From a virus, in the IMG/VR virus record IMGVR_UViG_3300018080_000138, positions 32,709 to 96,708 of that record: a DNA stretch of 64,000 nt, one strand, 5' to 3'. The notes beneath the pieces were generated by a model. That model was not told the DNA's origin. It saw nothing but the letters and a program-made list of their open reading frames with translations, and made no database searches. A program made the translations under genes and the position numbers. This document shows, piece after piece, positions 27,288 through 36,960 of this stretch; within the stretch, counting starts at the first letter, position 1, and every line of letters starts with the position of its first letter.

Positions 27288-27299
27288 TTTAGTCATGTT

Positions 27300-27482
27300 A
27301 ATGTATGGAGTATACTCCATACATTTTAGTCAAGAATTGGGCATAGATTACATACTTTTGTGCCTATATGACATGTTATAGTTATATATAGTAGGTGTGA
27401 GCCTTTTGTCCCATGTTAGAAAAAACTTCCTTTTCTTAGAAGGTTTGGGATGATTCTTGCAATATAATATAATGAAAATAAA
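27300..27482 (+). promoter_or_regulatory. promoter module, copy 4
   Basis: perfect 26-bp palindrome AATGTATGGAGTATACTCCATACATT at 27300-27325; core at 27446-27461; 64 bp identical to copy 1. Confidence 0.75.
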
Positions 27483-27498
27483 AAGGTAAGTTAAAATA

Positions 27499-27612
27499 AT
27501 GCAGAAAAAATATGAGGAATTAATTAAGCGATTGGATGCCATGTATTTGGCGGCAATAGAATTATCAAAGAGGTATGATAAAATTTTATCATATATTTTG
27601 GATGAGAAATGA
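27499..27612 (+). CDS. 37-aa peptide (MQKKYEELIKRL...) directly after promoter copy 4
   Basis: ATG at the same spacing from the core as in copies 0-2. Confidence 0.4.
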   Translation: MQKKYEELIKRLDAMYLAAIELSKRYDKILSYILDEK

Positions 27613-27652
27613 GGGGTATTAATTATAACGCAAATTAAATCAGGCATGAGAA

Positions 27653-27865
27653 ATGAAAACATATGAGCAAGTAATTCATGTTACAGATACAGTTTATATT
27701 ATCCCGGCACTTAGACGGTGTGTGTACCATAAATTGGATACAATTCTTGGTGTAAAATATATTGATTCTCATACATCAACCGATGAAATTGTAGTCTGGT
27801 TAAAAACTTATTTTGGTGAGGCTGAGGCCCAAAAATTTCAAGATGTAGTAGTAGGGAGGTTATGA
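27653..27865 (+). CDS. hypothetical protein; paralog of 27069
   Basis: shared motifs. Confidence 0.55.
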   Translation: MKTYEQVIHVTDTVYIIPALRRCVYHKLDTILGVKYIDSHTSTDEIVVWLKTYFGEAEAQKFQDVVVGRL

Positions 27866-28111
27866 TATTAATTATTGTTTATTAGTTGAGTGAGGGGTAG
27901 TATGCTGTTACTCAGCCATTTATTTTATTATTATTTATAGGGTGGTAAAATGAAATTCAAACATGGTTTGTATCTCATGAAAAAATTGGAACTGCTACGA
28001 CTTAACAGTAGTAAGAATAAAAAACAAATTCGTCGGGTTGAAACCGCATTATATGTAAAAATTATGAGGTAGTGATAAAAGTATTAATTATATTACTAAA
28101 GAGTAAATAAG

Positions 28112-28459
28112 ATGACTAAGCTAATTTTACCGAGTAATTTTAGAAGTATTACCATAAAAAGATATGACCCAGTATTTTCTGTAAAGGTGTACGATGATTT
28201 ATTGGGTATAAAAATTAGATCATCTATATGTGATTTGTATTTAAGGGATGTCAATTGTTCGTTATGTCCTTTTAATCAGTTTGTTGTACAAAGAACTGGT
28301 TGTATAGAGTTATTTAGGACTATTTTGGGTGAAAAGTTGGCATTTAGTGATAGATTATCCGGGGTATTTTGGTTTAGTTATATGTCGGATAAGGTTATTC
28401 CACAACTTGAAGTAATAAGAAATTTTTTTGAGTATGATGTTGTATGGTATAAGGTATAG
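28112..28459 (+). CDS. Cys-rich zinc-binding protein, family member 3
   Basis: LILP, ICDLY...CSLCPF...GC, C-terminal VW. Confidence 0.55.
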   Translation: MTKLILPSNFRSITIKRYDPVFSVKVYDDLLGIKIRSSICDLYLRDVNCSLCPFNQFVVQRTGCIELFRTILGEKLAFSDRLSGVFWFSYMSDKVIPQLEVIRNFFEYDVVWYKV

Positions 28460-28651
28460 AAATATTTATGGAAGATTATATAGGGAAAAAGTTAAATTTT
28501 AATTATTTTGCATTATTTCAAAGTATTGCAGTATCATGGTGGATTGCAAGGTATGTGTCCTGGATAGTTGGATATGTAATAGAAGCAACTAAGGTTTGCC
28601 TTGATTATGGATTTGATATTCTTATAATAAAAATTTAGTTGGAGGAGTTTT

Positions 28652-28843
28652 ATGTTTGGATTAGGCGATACATCATTATGCACGAGAATTCCGTGTCCTG
28701 GATATCATCATATACCTTTACCAGATTTTTGGAGAATTAAAAAGAGGGAATTGGTAAAAGTAAAACTTAGAAAGGAAGTAGTTAGAAAAGTTAGGTATTC
28801 AAGAAGAATGATGCTAATTAAAACCAGAAAGGTTAGTGAGTAG
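28652..28843 (+). CDS. small basic hypothetical protein
   Basis: RBS GGAGGAG. Confidence 0.45.
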   Translation: MFGLGDTSLCTRIPCPGYHHIPLPDFWRIKKRELVKVKLRKEVVRKVRYSRRMMLIKTRKVSE

Positions 28844-29357
28844 AATAATGCTAAAAAGAATGTGGAAATATATTACGGCACAAGGTACAATAAGTATTTT
28901 GTTTGGTTGCCATAGTATAGTACATTCAATTTCTATTTTAATAAGATGGTATCAAATCTATGGAAAATGGCCAGAGTTTTGGGAAATAGTTTGTATTTTT
29001 CTTCATGATATAGGCCATATTGGAAGAGATTATCTAAGTAAGGAAATTGAAAAAGATAATCATTGGAAGTTAGGTGCAAGAATAGCATGTTCTTTATTTG
29101 GGCCAAGAGGAATGATTTTTATAGCCGCACATTATCCAAAAGTTGGTTTTGATAAGAATAAATTGTTCTATGCGGATGTTCGTAGTTATGAGATTGTTCC
29201 ACGATGGTGGGTAGTTTCAAATGCTATTTTTGAACCTAAGTTAAAAAAAGGGAAGACGATTAGGGAAGCGGTTGATACGTTTATTAAAGATGTCAGAAAA
29301 AGAGAACAAACGGGTATATATGTCGGTAACCATGACCTTTATTTAACGAGGAAATAA
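28836..29357 (+). CDS. HD-domain phosphohydrolase-like protein
   Basis: H...LHDIGH...H...H...YAD. Confidence 0.6.
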   Translation: MSRIMLKRMWKYITAQGTISILFGCHSIVHSISILIRWYQIYGKWPEFWEIVCIFLHDIGHIGRDYLSKEIEKDNHWKLGARIACSLFGPRGMIFIAAHYPKVGFDKNKLFYADVRSYEIVPRWWVVSNAIFEPKLKKGKTIREAVDTFIKDVRKREQTGIYVGNHDLYLTRK

Positions 29358-29588
29358 ATGGATAGGGAAAGTATTAACGGTATTATTTTATCGTATAAAA
29401 ATACATTAGAAATGTACCAGGCATCATTGCTAAGTTATGGGCAATTTGAAGATAACATTATGTGTTTATATGGGTATGTGATGGAAGAATTTGATACTAT
29501 TGAATCCTTTAGAGAGTATGGAATATCCATTAATAAAGAAGTAGATGAGCTATGCAGTTTATTTATAACATTAATGGATGAAGATTAA
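29358..29588 (+). CDS. hypothetical protein
   Basis: ORF track. Confidence 0.5.
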   Translation: MDRESINGIILSYKNTLEMYQASLLSYGQFEDNIMCLYGYVMEEFDTIESFREYGISINKEVDELCSLFITLMDED

Positions 29589-29689
29589 AAATTTTTAAGA
29601 AATGCCTGTTATCAGTATTATAATAAAGGATAGTAATTATACAAAAAACTTTTCATGGTATTGCCAAATAAAAAAGGAAGGAGTATAGA

Positions 29690-30007
29690 ATGCAAGAAAG
29701 AAGTAAGGAAACCAAAATAGGCAAACGAGTGACAGTTAATTGTATTAAAGCATTAAGTCCTGATACATTAGTTATTGGAAGATTAAATAACTCAATATTT
29801 ATTGGTAGAGTTAGGGTTATAAAGTTAGTTAGGGGTAGAAAAAGAGTAAGAAAGGTAAAATATATTGAGACAATTAGAAGAATTGGTTTTAAAAAAACAA
29901 GATTAAATTTAGTAACTTTTCTTAAGAGTGAAGGTATTGTGTATATGGTGGATGAAGGTGACCAGGAATCGTTGTTGAAAGCATTTTTTAGGGAGACTTA
30001 TGATTAG
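29690..30007 (+). CDS. basic hypothetical protein
   Basis: RBS AAGGAG. Confidence 0.55.
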   Translation: MQERSKETKIGKRVTVNCIKALSPDTLVIGRLNNSIFIGRVRVIKLVRGRKRVRKVKYIETIRRIGFKKTRLNLVTFLKSEGIVYMVDEGDQESLLKAFFRETYD

Positions 30008-30647
30008 TATATTAACCGCAACAATTGGAAGAAATGTATTGCATGATTTGTTTATTTCGTTAGCAAACCAAGTATCACCTAATTGGGAATGGGTAGTAGT
30101 ATTTGATGGTAATTGCTCATATAATAGATATTTTTCTGATTATATTAATTTATATAAAACTTCATCAGGAAAGATAAAGATTAGTATTGAAGAGACACCA
30201 CATAATTTTGGGAGACCACAGAGAAAGGCTGCTGTTAGTATAATGTCGGGTGGTTTTGGAATGTATGTTGACGACGACGATATTTTATACCCCCATGCTA
30301 TTAGTACACTTGAGAAATATATAAAGTATCATGATTTTATAATTTTTCGTACTTGGTGTGATTGGTTAGGTAGATCAATTCCAGCATCTTTGCATCTACC
30401 TAAGATTACTTGTGGAGAGGTTGCATCTTGTAGTTATGCTGTTAGTAATGAGTTATTGAAGGCATTGCCATGGCCACAACAGACTGGTAGGGAGGTTGGT
30501 GGGACTGCCGCAGATTATTATTGGTTTAGAGAGATGAAGAAATTGGCAAAAAGGCCGGTAGTAATACCGGATGTCCTTGCATATGCAAGGCATTATTATG
30601 TAGAAAGAGGGTGTGAACCTTCTTGGGTTTCTCGTTTTGGGCATTAG
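30000..30647 (+). CDS. GT2 glycosyltransferase
   Basis: ISILTAT, EWVVVFDG, YVDDDD DxD, ADY. Confidence 0.85.
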   Translation: MISILTATIGRNVLHDLFISLANQVSPNWEWVVVFDGNCSYNRYFSDYINLYKTSSGKIKISIEETPHNFGRPQRKAAVSIMSGGFGMYVDDDDILYPHAISTLEKYIKYHDFIIFRTWCDWLGRSIPASLHLPKITCGEVASCSYAVSNELLKALPWPQQTGREVGGTAADYYWFREMKKLAKRPVVIPDVLAYARHYYVERGCEPSWVSRFGH

Positions 30648-30689
30648 AGGTAGTTGTTGTATAGGAGATAAATAAATGGAAAGAGATGT

Positions 30690-30956
30690 ATGTTTAAAGA
30701 AATAGTGAGTTTTGTCATAGTTGTGTTAATAGTAGGATTATTACTTGATTGGCTTAGTACGCCTCATTATCTGGCTAATGAAGATGAGATGAAGGTACAT
30801 TATTGTGATTATATTGTAGTTGATAAAAATGCATCTTTTATTGGTGGAAATAAAATAGTAGTGAAGAACGACACCATATACTGTTCGTTTCGGTGTTATG
30901 ATATTTTATACGAAAAGTATTTAGTAGGTGATATAATAGGAGAAGAAAATAGATAA
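30690..30956 (+). CDS. membrane-anchored hypothetical protein
   Basis: N-terminal TM helix. Confidence 0.55.
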   Translation: MFKEIVSFVIVVLIVGLLLDWLSTPHYLANEDEMKVHYCDYIVVDKNASFIGGNKIVVKNDTIYCSFRCYDILYEKYLVGDIIGEENR

Positions 30957-31435
30957 TGTTTCATATAAAACATAAAAATCATGGGAAGAATAAGGATGAA
31001 AAGTATCGTATAATGCGATCGTATTCTTCTTATAAGGAAGCAGTATGGGGTTTATGTGCACATGAACTGAGAGCGTATTTTTCCCTCTCCGGTATAATGG
31101 AAAATGATGAGTTAACAGAGGTGGGTATTTTTGAGAATGATAAATGGGTAGATTGGAGGAATATAGATTTTTCACGTTCATCTTTTGCCTTAGAATGTAT
31201 ATGTTGCGATTCGGTTGACCATCCAAACCATTATAATGAGAACCTGAGTGGAGTAGAATGCATAGAGGTAGTTGAGCGTATGAATTTTAATCTTGGAAAC
31301 GCAGTAAAGTATATTTGGAGGGCTGGGTTAAAAGAAAATATAGAAGAGAATTTAAAAAAAGCAGTGTGGTATATTAAAAGAGAATTAATTAGAATGGAGA
31401 AGTTAAATGCCAGCAAGAGCAGGAAAGAAAAATAG
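30956..31435 (+). CDS. DUF3310 protein with an N-terminal extension
   Basis: VDHPNHY, ECIEV, FNLGNAVKYIWRAGLK, LKKAVWY. Confidence 0.8.
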   Translation: MFHIKHKNHGKNKDEKYRIMRSYSSYKEAVWGLCAHELRAYFSLSGIMENDELTEVGIFENDKWVDWRNIDFSRSSFALECICCDSVDHPNHYNENLSGVECIEVVERMNFNLGNAVKYIWRAGLKENIEENLKKAVWYIKRELIRMEKLNASKSRKEK

Positions 31436-31619
31436 AAAGTGGGGGAGACGGAAAAATAAACCATGCCAACAGCGGTACACGAAGCAATGTCGTTGGATAC
31501 TGAATAAAGCAAAGAGAATTGTAAGGCACTTGAGAAAGCATCCGAATTTTTGGACATATTCTAAGTTACCATCTGCCGCAGTCTTGGAGAAAGTTTCAGA
31601 GCTGCGTAAGAATCGATAA
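31407..31619 (+). CDS. highly basic small protein
   Basis: R/K-rich ORF. Confidence 0.5.
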   Translation: MPARAGKKNRKWGRRKNKPCQQRYTKQCRWILNKAKRIVRHLRKHPNFWTYSKLPSAAVLEKVSELRKNR

Positions 31620-31639
31620 AAATAAAAAGGAGAAAACAA

Positions 31640-32020
31640 ATGGATTATTGGTTAGTATATTTGATTGGACAGGTTGATATTTGGATTGATATTTGCGAGG
31701 TTTTTAGTATTATCTCAGGAATAACTTTGTTGGTCCGTATTTTTATTAATACATATTCTTTTGCCAGTGAAGAGAGAAGAGATGAGGACGAGAGAGAGCT
31801 TTTTGCTTTTAAGACGAGGTGGTTAAAATGGATTTTTTTAATTATGTTTGTTTTTTCTACGACGGTCTCTTCATTGATGCCAAATAAAAAAGTATTAGTT
31901 GCAATGGTCATTGCCTCAAAAGTTGATAGAGAGTCTTTTAATAAGCTTCTTTTATTAAAAGAAGAGGTGAAAAGAGATATAATTGATATTGTAAAAGAAT
32001 TAAATGAGAATGATAAGTAA
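31640..32020 (+). CDS. membrane protein
   Basis: two TM segments; RBS AAGGAG. Confidence 0.6.
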   Translation: MDYWLVYLIGQVDIWIDICEVFSIISGITLLVRIFINTYSFASEERRDEDERELFAFKTRWLKWIFLIMFVFSTTVSSLMPNKKVLVAMVIASKVDRESFNKLLLLKEEVKRDIIDIVKELNENDK

Positions 32021-32355
32021 TGGAAGCAATAACTAAGAAGATCTTAAGACGGTATTCTTTAACATTATGTATGATAGTATTGATAATAAGCCTTATTTTG
32101 GGTATAGTACATAATATCAAAGGATTAAGTGATAGTAATATAACTAAACCACTGACTTTGGATATTGTGTATAATGATGGTGAGACGATAATAACTTTTG
32201 ATGAGAAGGATTCTGGTGTTTTAGTTTATGAAGAATTTAGTTTGATAGGTGGTGGGAATCTATTTTTAAGAGGGGATAGTTTGGTTATAGAGTTTATTTA
32301 TTCCAAGACGAATTCAGATGTAATTTGTATTGAGAATTTAAGGGGTCCGTTGTGA
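32020..32355 (+). CDS. membrane-anchored protein
   Basis: N-terminal TM helix. Confidence 0.55.
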   Translation: MEAITKKILRRYSLTLCMIVLIISLILGIVHNIKGLSDSNITKPLTLDIVYNDGETIITFDEKDSGVLVYEEFSLIGGGNLFLRGDSLVIEFIYSKTNSDVICIENLRGPL

Positions 32356-32759
32356 AAAAGTATATAGGTATTTTATTTTTGATTTTATTATTACCTGGTT
32401 GTTCTTTAATTAGGAAGACAGTTATCATGTCACCATTACAGAAGTCAGTAACGAAGTTGGAGTTTAGGGGTGTCGGCCCATTAACATTTTCTTTGAAGAA
32501 TTGGTCTGATGTTACTGTTAGATGGGTGATGTATTTACCTGGGACATATAGTTGGATTTTGATAAAACCAGCTGAAGGAAAAATAGAGCCTGGTGAAAGT
32601 CAGTTGATATGGGTTAGAGTTGATCCTAAATCCATTAAAGGTGAAGGGATGCATATGGGAGTAATAACATTGCTTTCGGATGTAAATGATGTGATGATAC
32701 CCGTTTTTTACTTTAAAATAAGTAGTGGTGAGTTTGATTGGAAATCGGAGGAGATTTGA
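32352..32759 (+). CDS. putative lipoprotein with a BACON/Ig-like domain
   Basis: lipobox LPGC; W...SWI.I.P..G.I.PGESQ.I.V.VD pattern. Confidence 0.6.
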   Translation: MKKYIGILFLILLLPGCSLIRKTVIMSPLQKSVTKLEFRGVGPLTFSLKNWSDVTVRWVMYLPGTYSWILIKPAEGKIEPGESQLIWVRVDPKSIKGEGMHMGVITLLSDVNDVMIPVFYFKISSGEFDWKSEEI

Positions 32760-32769
32760 GGGTATAAAG

Positions 32770-32991
32770 ATGTGGAATATAGGAGATAAATGTTATGTTA
32801 TTTTTCCTGAGGGTATTGTACAGGGAAAAATTATTAGTGAGGGGGTATATACACATACATACGTTGTTGAGTTTTGTACAGAAATAGATTTATTGGGGAA
32901 TAATATTGGAATGGTTGTTAATCATTCATTAATGACCAGGGATGAGGCATTTAAACTGCAAAATCTTACAATAATAGAAGAGGAGGTTTAA
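32770..32991 (+). CDS. SH3-like small protein
   Basis: WNIGDKCYV...GKI. Confidence 0.5.
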   Translation: MWNIGDKCYVIFPEGIVQGKIISEGVYTHTYVVEFCTEIDLLGNNIGMVVNHSLMTRDEAFKLQNLTIIEEEV

Positions 32992-32997
32992 GTAATA

Positions 32998-34059
32998 ATG
33001 CTAAAAATATTATTGCTAAGAGTAGTTTCTGATAATAAAGGTGATGATATGATTGCCGAGGCCATTAAACAGGGATTTAGGCAGTCAATGGTTAAAATAT
33101 CGTTTACAGAAATATCAGTAAAGGAAAAAGTCGGATGTAACGCAGTTAATTATATAAATACATTTGATGCAGTTATCTTAGGGGGTAGTGGATTATTTGT
33201 GAACCATAAGTTTGACTCAGGATTTTATTTTAATTGTAGACCTGAGTTTTTTGATAGAATAAAAATTCCATTATACATTATTGGGGTTGGTAGTAACGAT
33301 AATTTTAAATACTCAAGTTATGGCAAGTTAAAGGAAAGAACAATAGCCAATATTAAAAAACTTATTGGGCGTGCTAAGTTTACATGGGTTAGGGATAATC
33401 AAACAAAAAATTTGTTACTTAGTAATGGAATTAGTGATGTAGTGTATATTCCTTGTCCTGTTCTTGCAATGGGTAGTTTATTTGGTAGTTCAGTAGATAC
33501 TGATAGTCCTATGTCTGTGTCTATATCTTTTGGAAAGCATGGAAAGTATGTAAGTAGTGTGCATGATTATTTGGTGGTGTGTTATGCAAAAATATTAAGA
33601 AGGGTATTAAATGAGTTTGATATTAATATTAATTTTATTGCACATAGAGATATAGATTATGATTCCTATAATGATTTGGTTAATAGAAAAGAATTTAGAG
33701 ATGATAAGGAAAAATTTAAATTTACATTAACTAATTCGCCTTATATAATGAATAAACTTTACTCAGAGAGTATGTGCCATATAGGAGTATATTTACACTC
33801 AAATATTATTGCATTTAGTAATGGATGTCCTGTGAATATACTTGGTTATGATAAGAAGTGTAAAGCATTTTATGAAGATATTGTAAAGGATAATGAGTTA
33901 TGTACATATAATTTGCTTCATAATATTAATATTAGTATGATTTATAGAGCAGTTATCAGTAGTTTACATAGGTGTAGAGGGAGCTTGTATGCTATAAAAG
34001 AACAAGATAAGATTATCCAGACATTATCGGGCATCGCAAGGAAAATTTATTTGTCATAA
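32998..34059 (+). CDS. polysaccharide pyruvyl transferase family protein
   Basis: NKGDDMI, ILGGSG, IGVG, WVRD, YLHSNI, GYDKK. Confidence 0.85.
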   Translation: MLKILLLRVVSDNKGDDMIAEAIKQGFRQSMVKISFTEISVKEKVGCNAVNYINTFDAVILGGSGLFVNHKFDSGFYFNCRPEFFDRIKIPLYIIGVGSNDNFKYSSYGKLKERTIANIKKLIGRAKFTWVRDNQTKNLLLSNGISDVVYIPCPVLAMGSLFGSSVDTDSPMSVSISFGKHGKYVSSVHDYLVVCYAKILRRVLNEFDININFIAHRDIDYDSYNDLVNRKEFRDDKEKFKFTLTNSPYIMNKLYSESMCHIGVYLHSNIIAFSNGCPVNILGYDKKCKAFYEDIVKDNELCTYNLLHNINISMIYRAVISSLHRCRGSLYAIKEQDKIIQTLSGIARKIYLS

Positions 34060-34079
34060 GTATAATTAGGGATAGATTT

Positions 34080-34400
34080 TTGAATGCTAAGAAGATTATA
34101 TTGGATAAGATAGAAAAATATGAAAAAGATAAAGACGTTCTATCTTTAGTGATGCTTAGTAAGACTTTATTGGATAGGTTAAAAAAAATCTCAGGCAGAG
34201 TAGAAAATATAGATGTTAGTAGTAAGGTTAAAACCTTTCCAAAACTTTATAGTACATGGCGGCATAAAAAGATAAATATTATACTAAGAGTAAATTCAAT
34301 AAAAAATAATAGTATCATACTTATGGAGGATAAAATAGGGGGGTTTAGTTGGAATGGCAGTATTAATCAGTTTTTTAAAGAGTGGAGAGTATCTAAGTGA
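34080..34400 (+). CDS. hypothetical protein
   Basis: ORF track. Confidence 0.5.
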   Translation: MNAKKIILDKIEKYEKDKDVLSLVMLSKTLLDRLKKISGRVENIDVSSKVKTFPKLYSTWRHKKINIILRVNSIKNNSIILMEDKIGGFSWNGSINQFFKEWRVSK

Positions 34401-34825
34401 TAAATTTAAATAGATTGCACGAAGTTGCTCTTGGAATAAGAAATGAAAGAGGATGTGGAAAAACAACATTTGATATTTCCTGTATCCAGGGCAGTTTTGA
34501 TTTAGATAATACATTAGTAATTGTGCTGGTAAATAAGTATAGTGATGTTTCTGTATATATCTCAAAAATAGTAAGTTATTTTGGTGAGAATGTTGTATAT
34601 CATAAATTTAAAAAAATAGCATATTTGAGATATAATAAAGTGAAAAGACAAATAATATTTAAAGTATTAAATCTTAATGCAGGTGATTTTAATTTGAGTA
34701 GTGTATTAGACGGGTTTAGTAAAAATATTCCAATTGTTGATTTTAGATATATAGAATATCCAAGTTACCAGAAATTAAAGGAGTATACAGATTGCAGAAA
34801 GAATATGAGCTTTCTCAATGGGTAA
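34397..34825 (+). CDS. short P-loop-containing protein
   Basis: RGCGKTT. Confidence 0.45.
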   Translation: MINLNRLHEVALGIRNERGCGKTTFDISCIQGSFDLDNTLVIVLVNKYSDVSVYISKIVSYFGENVVYHKFKKIAYLRYNKVKRQIIFKVLNLNAGDFNLSSVLDGFSKNIPIVDFRYIEYPSYQKLKEYTDCRKNMSFLNG

Positions 34826-35895
34826 GAAGTAATACATGGGCAAAATCAATACCATTTAAGGTAGCATTTAGAATTGGGGGTGGTCTTGGTGACATGCTGC
34901 ATACAGCAGCTACAGGGCATACGTTTACACGGATAAAGAGTTTTAAAGAAATTTTTAAAAGTTGCAAGATTGTTTTGTGGGTAAACTCACATGATGAGAA
35001 AATAGCGACTGATTTATGGTCAACATCACAGTACATTGATGAAGTATTGTGGCGGCAGGAGGAAACTATTTTTAGAGGATACCTTCGTGAGTTTTTTGGT
35101 AAAAATATGTTGTCTGATTGGACAAATCTACCGATATATGACACGAATCCTTGGGAAATGGTGTATAATAATACACGGTTTAAAGAAAGTGGTGGTATAC
35201 CGATATATGAGTTTTTGCGCCAGGTACATCTACCGATAAATTTATTATTGCAAGAAGAGTTTGAACCAAAGTGCATGCCTGAAGATATTGAGTGGGGAAT
35301 AAGGAATATTCCTAATATGACAGTTGGAATAAGTTTTTTTTCAAGCCACAAAACAATAGACATAAAAGTATGGAAAAGTATAATAAAAAAATTATTGGCT
35401 AATGGACTTAATGTAGCTTTCTTTGGTAATGAGTATGAGAGAAGAGTAATAAAAGTGGATAAGAAGAATAGATCATTATCTGCAATTGCCAATAGGGCAT
35501 GGAAGAAGGGTGGATTAGGAATATTTTATAAAGAGTTGATTGAGAGTAACATGACTGGGATAATTGATCTTGTTGGAAAGTCAAATAATATAAGGCAGAC
35601 ACTTGTTGCGATGAAGCAGTGTATAGGACATATTACTGTTAATAGTGGTTTATGCAATGTTCCGTGGTTGTACAGGATACCATCCGTTATGCTTTTTATA
35701 AAGAGCGCAAAGATGACGAATAGTTATGTACATAAAGAAAATGGATATTTTTGGGGTGTTACAAATCCAGATTACGTAAAACCTTATAGTACTCGAATAA
35801 TTATCCCGGAAGCAAATATAACAAAGGATATATCGGATAGTATTGTTACTGATTTAATGCGCAATATATCATTTATCCATGATACGAAAAGATGA
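34792..35895 (+). CDS. GT9-like glycosyltransferase
   Basis: GGLGDML, IDLVGK, ITVNSGL, RIPSVMLF. Confidence 0.75.
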   Translation: MQKEYELSQWVRSNTWAKSIPFKVAFRIGGGLGDMLHTAATGHTFTRIKSFKEIFKSCKIVLWVNSHDEKIATDLWSTSQYIDEVLWRQEETIFRGYLREFFGKNMLSDWTNLPIYDTNPWEMVYNNTRFKESGGIPIYEFLRQVHLPINLLLQEEFEPKCMPEDIEWGIRNIPNMTVGISFFSSHKTIDIKVWKSIIKKLLANGLNVAFFGNEYERRVIKVDKKNRSLSAIANRAWKKGGLGIFYKELIESNMTGIIDLVGKSNNIRQTLVAMKQCIGHITVNSGLCNVPWLYRIPSVMLFIKSAKMTNSYVHKENGYFWGVTNPDYVKPYSTRIIIPEANITKDISDSIVTDLMRNISFIHDTKR

Positions 35896-36143
35896 TAGTT
35901 TATATAACACAGACAATAGATGGAAAGAAAATAACAAGAGACATTGAAGATATGGTAGATGGAAGTTATTGTGGTATAAGGTCTGTAAAGAATTATGGTA
36001 CGATACTTGGTGCTGCAAAACTTATTAGATTTGGTGGTAATTTGGTTGCAAACATTTATACCACTAAAAATGAAGGTATGCGGTATAATTATTATTTATC
36101 AGTAAAAGAAAGGGTATCATTAATTGCAGTCAAAAAAGCTTAA
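35892..36143 (+). CDS. hypothetical protein
   Basis: ORF track. Confidence 0.5.
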   Translation: MIVYITQTIDGKKITRDIEDMVDGSYCGIRSVKNYGTILGAAKLIRFGGNLVANIYTTKNEGMRYNYYLSVKERVSLIAVKKA

Positions 36144-36960
36144 GAGAAGAAGAACGAAATTGGCCGGTTATACATCTATTGGAATAGGTGGTAGTGCACC
36201 TTTATATATTCCCAAGTCATTAGATGAATTAAAAAGGTTTATCGATTTACATAGACATTATAGGTGCATCGGTAGCGGAACAAATATTTTATTGACATTT
36301 GATAAAAGTAATATCCCATTTATTAGTTTAGGAAACTTTAGTGAGATAAAGAAGTATGGTGATATTTTTTGTGTTGGAGCTGGTTGTTTGTTATCCGTTT
36401 TTGCAAAATATACCACATTAATGGGATATACTGGATTGGAGTGGGCTGTTTATGCATATGGAACAGTTGGTGGTGCAATAATTGGAAATGCAGCAATGTA
36501 TCGTAATAATCCAATAAGTAGTAAACTTGCAGTTGTCACCACATTACGAGGTGGATCACAAGATTTTACTATGTATATTAAAGATGAGTTGAAGTTTCGT
36601 TACCGTGAGTGTAGTTTACCATGTAATGATATAATTGTAAACGCAACATTTTGTCTTACTAAAGGTAGTAGTAGTGTAATAGAAAAAAAATTGAGGTTAG
36701 CAAAAAATGTTAGACGGGCACAATTGTTTTGGTGTAAGGGGTATAAAAGGTTTGGTAATTTTTGGAAGGATTATCATATAATAAAAGAAAATATATTAGA
36801 TATACAGGTTTTAGAAACAGACAAGTTACTTATGCCTACAATGTTACCTGGTTGGATATTGAATAAAGGTAGTGCAACTGCCAAGGACATTCTTTTATTT
36901 GCTGATGCTGTTGAGAAAGATATACAGGTTAAGTTAAGAAGAGAAGTAATAGTGTATTGA
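36124..36960 (+). CDS. divergent MurB-like FAD-dependent enolpyruvyl-sugar reductase
   Basis: YTSIGIGGSA, IGSGTNIL, VGAG, GLEW..YGTVGGA..GNA, FRYR, NKGSATAKD, LRREV. Confidence 0.8.
   Translation: MQSKKLKRRRTKLAGYTSIGIGGSAPLYIPKSLDELKRFIDLHRHYRCIGSGTNILLTFDKSNIPFISLGNFSEIKKYGDIFCVGAGCLLSVFAKYTTLMGYTGLEWAVYAYGTVGGAIIGNAAMYRNNPISSKLAVVTTLRGGSQDFTMYIKDELKFRYRECSLPCNDIIVNATFCLTKGSSSVIEKKLRLAKNVRRAQLFWCKGYKRFGNFWKDYHIIKENILDIQVLETDKLLMPTMLPGWILNKGSATAKDILLFADAVEKDIQVKLRREVIVY

Noticed and set aside
20504-27482. Palindromic repeats as a CRISPR array
   Set aside because: Copies are mostly 1-3 kb apart and tied to promoters; no regular repeat-spacer period and no cas genes
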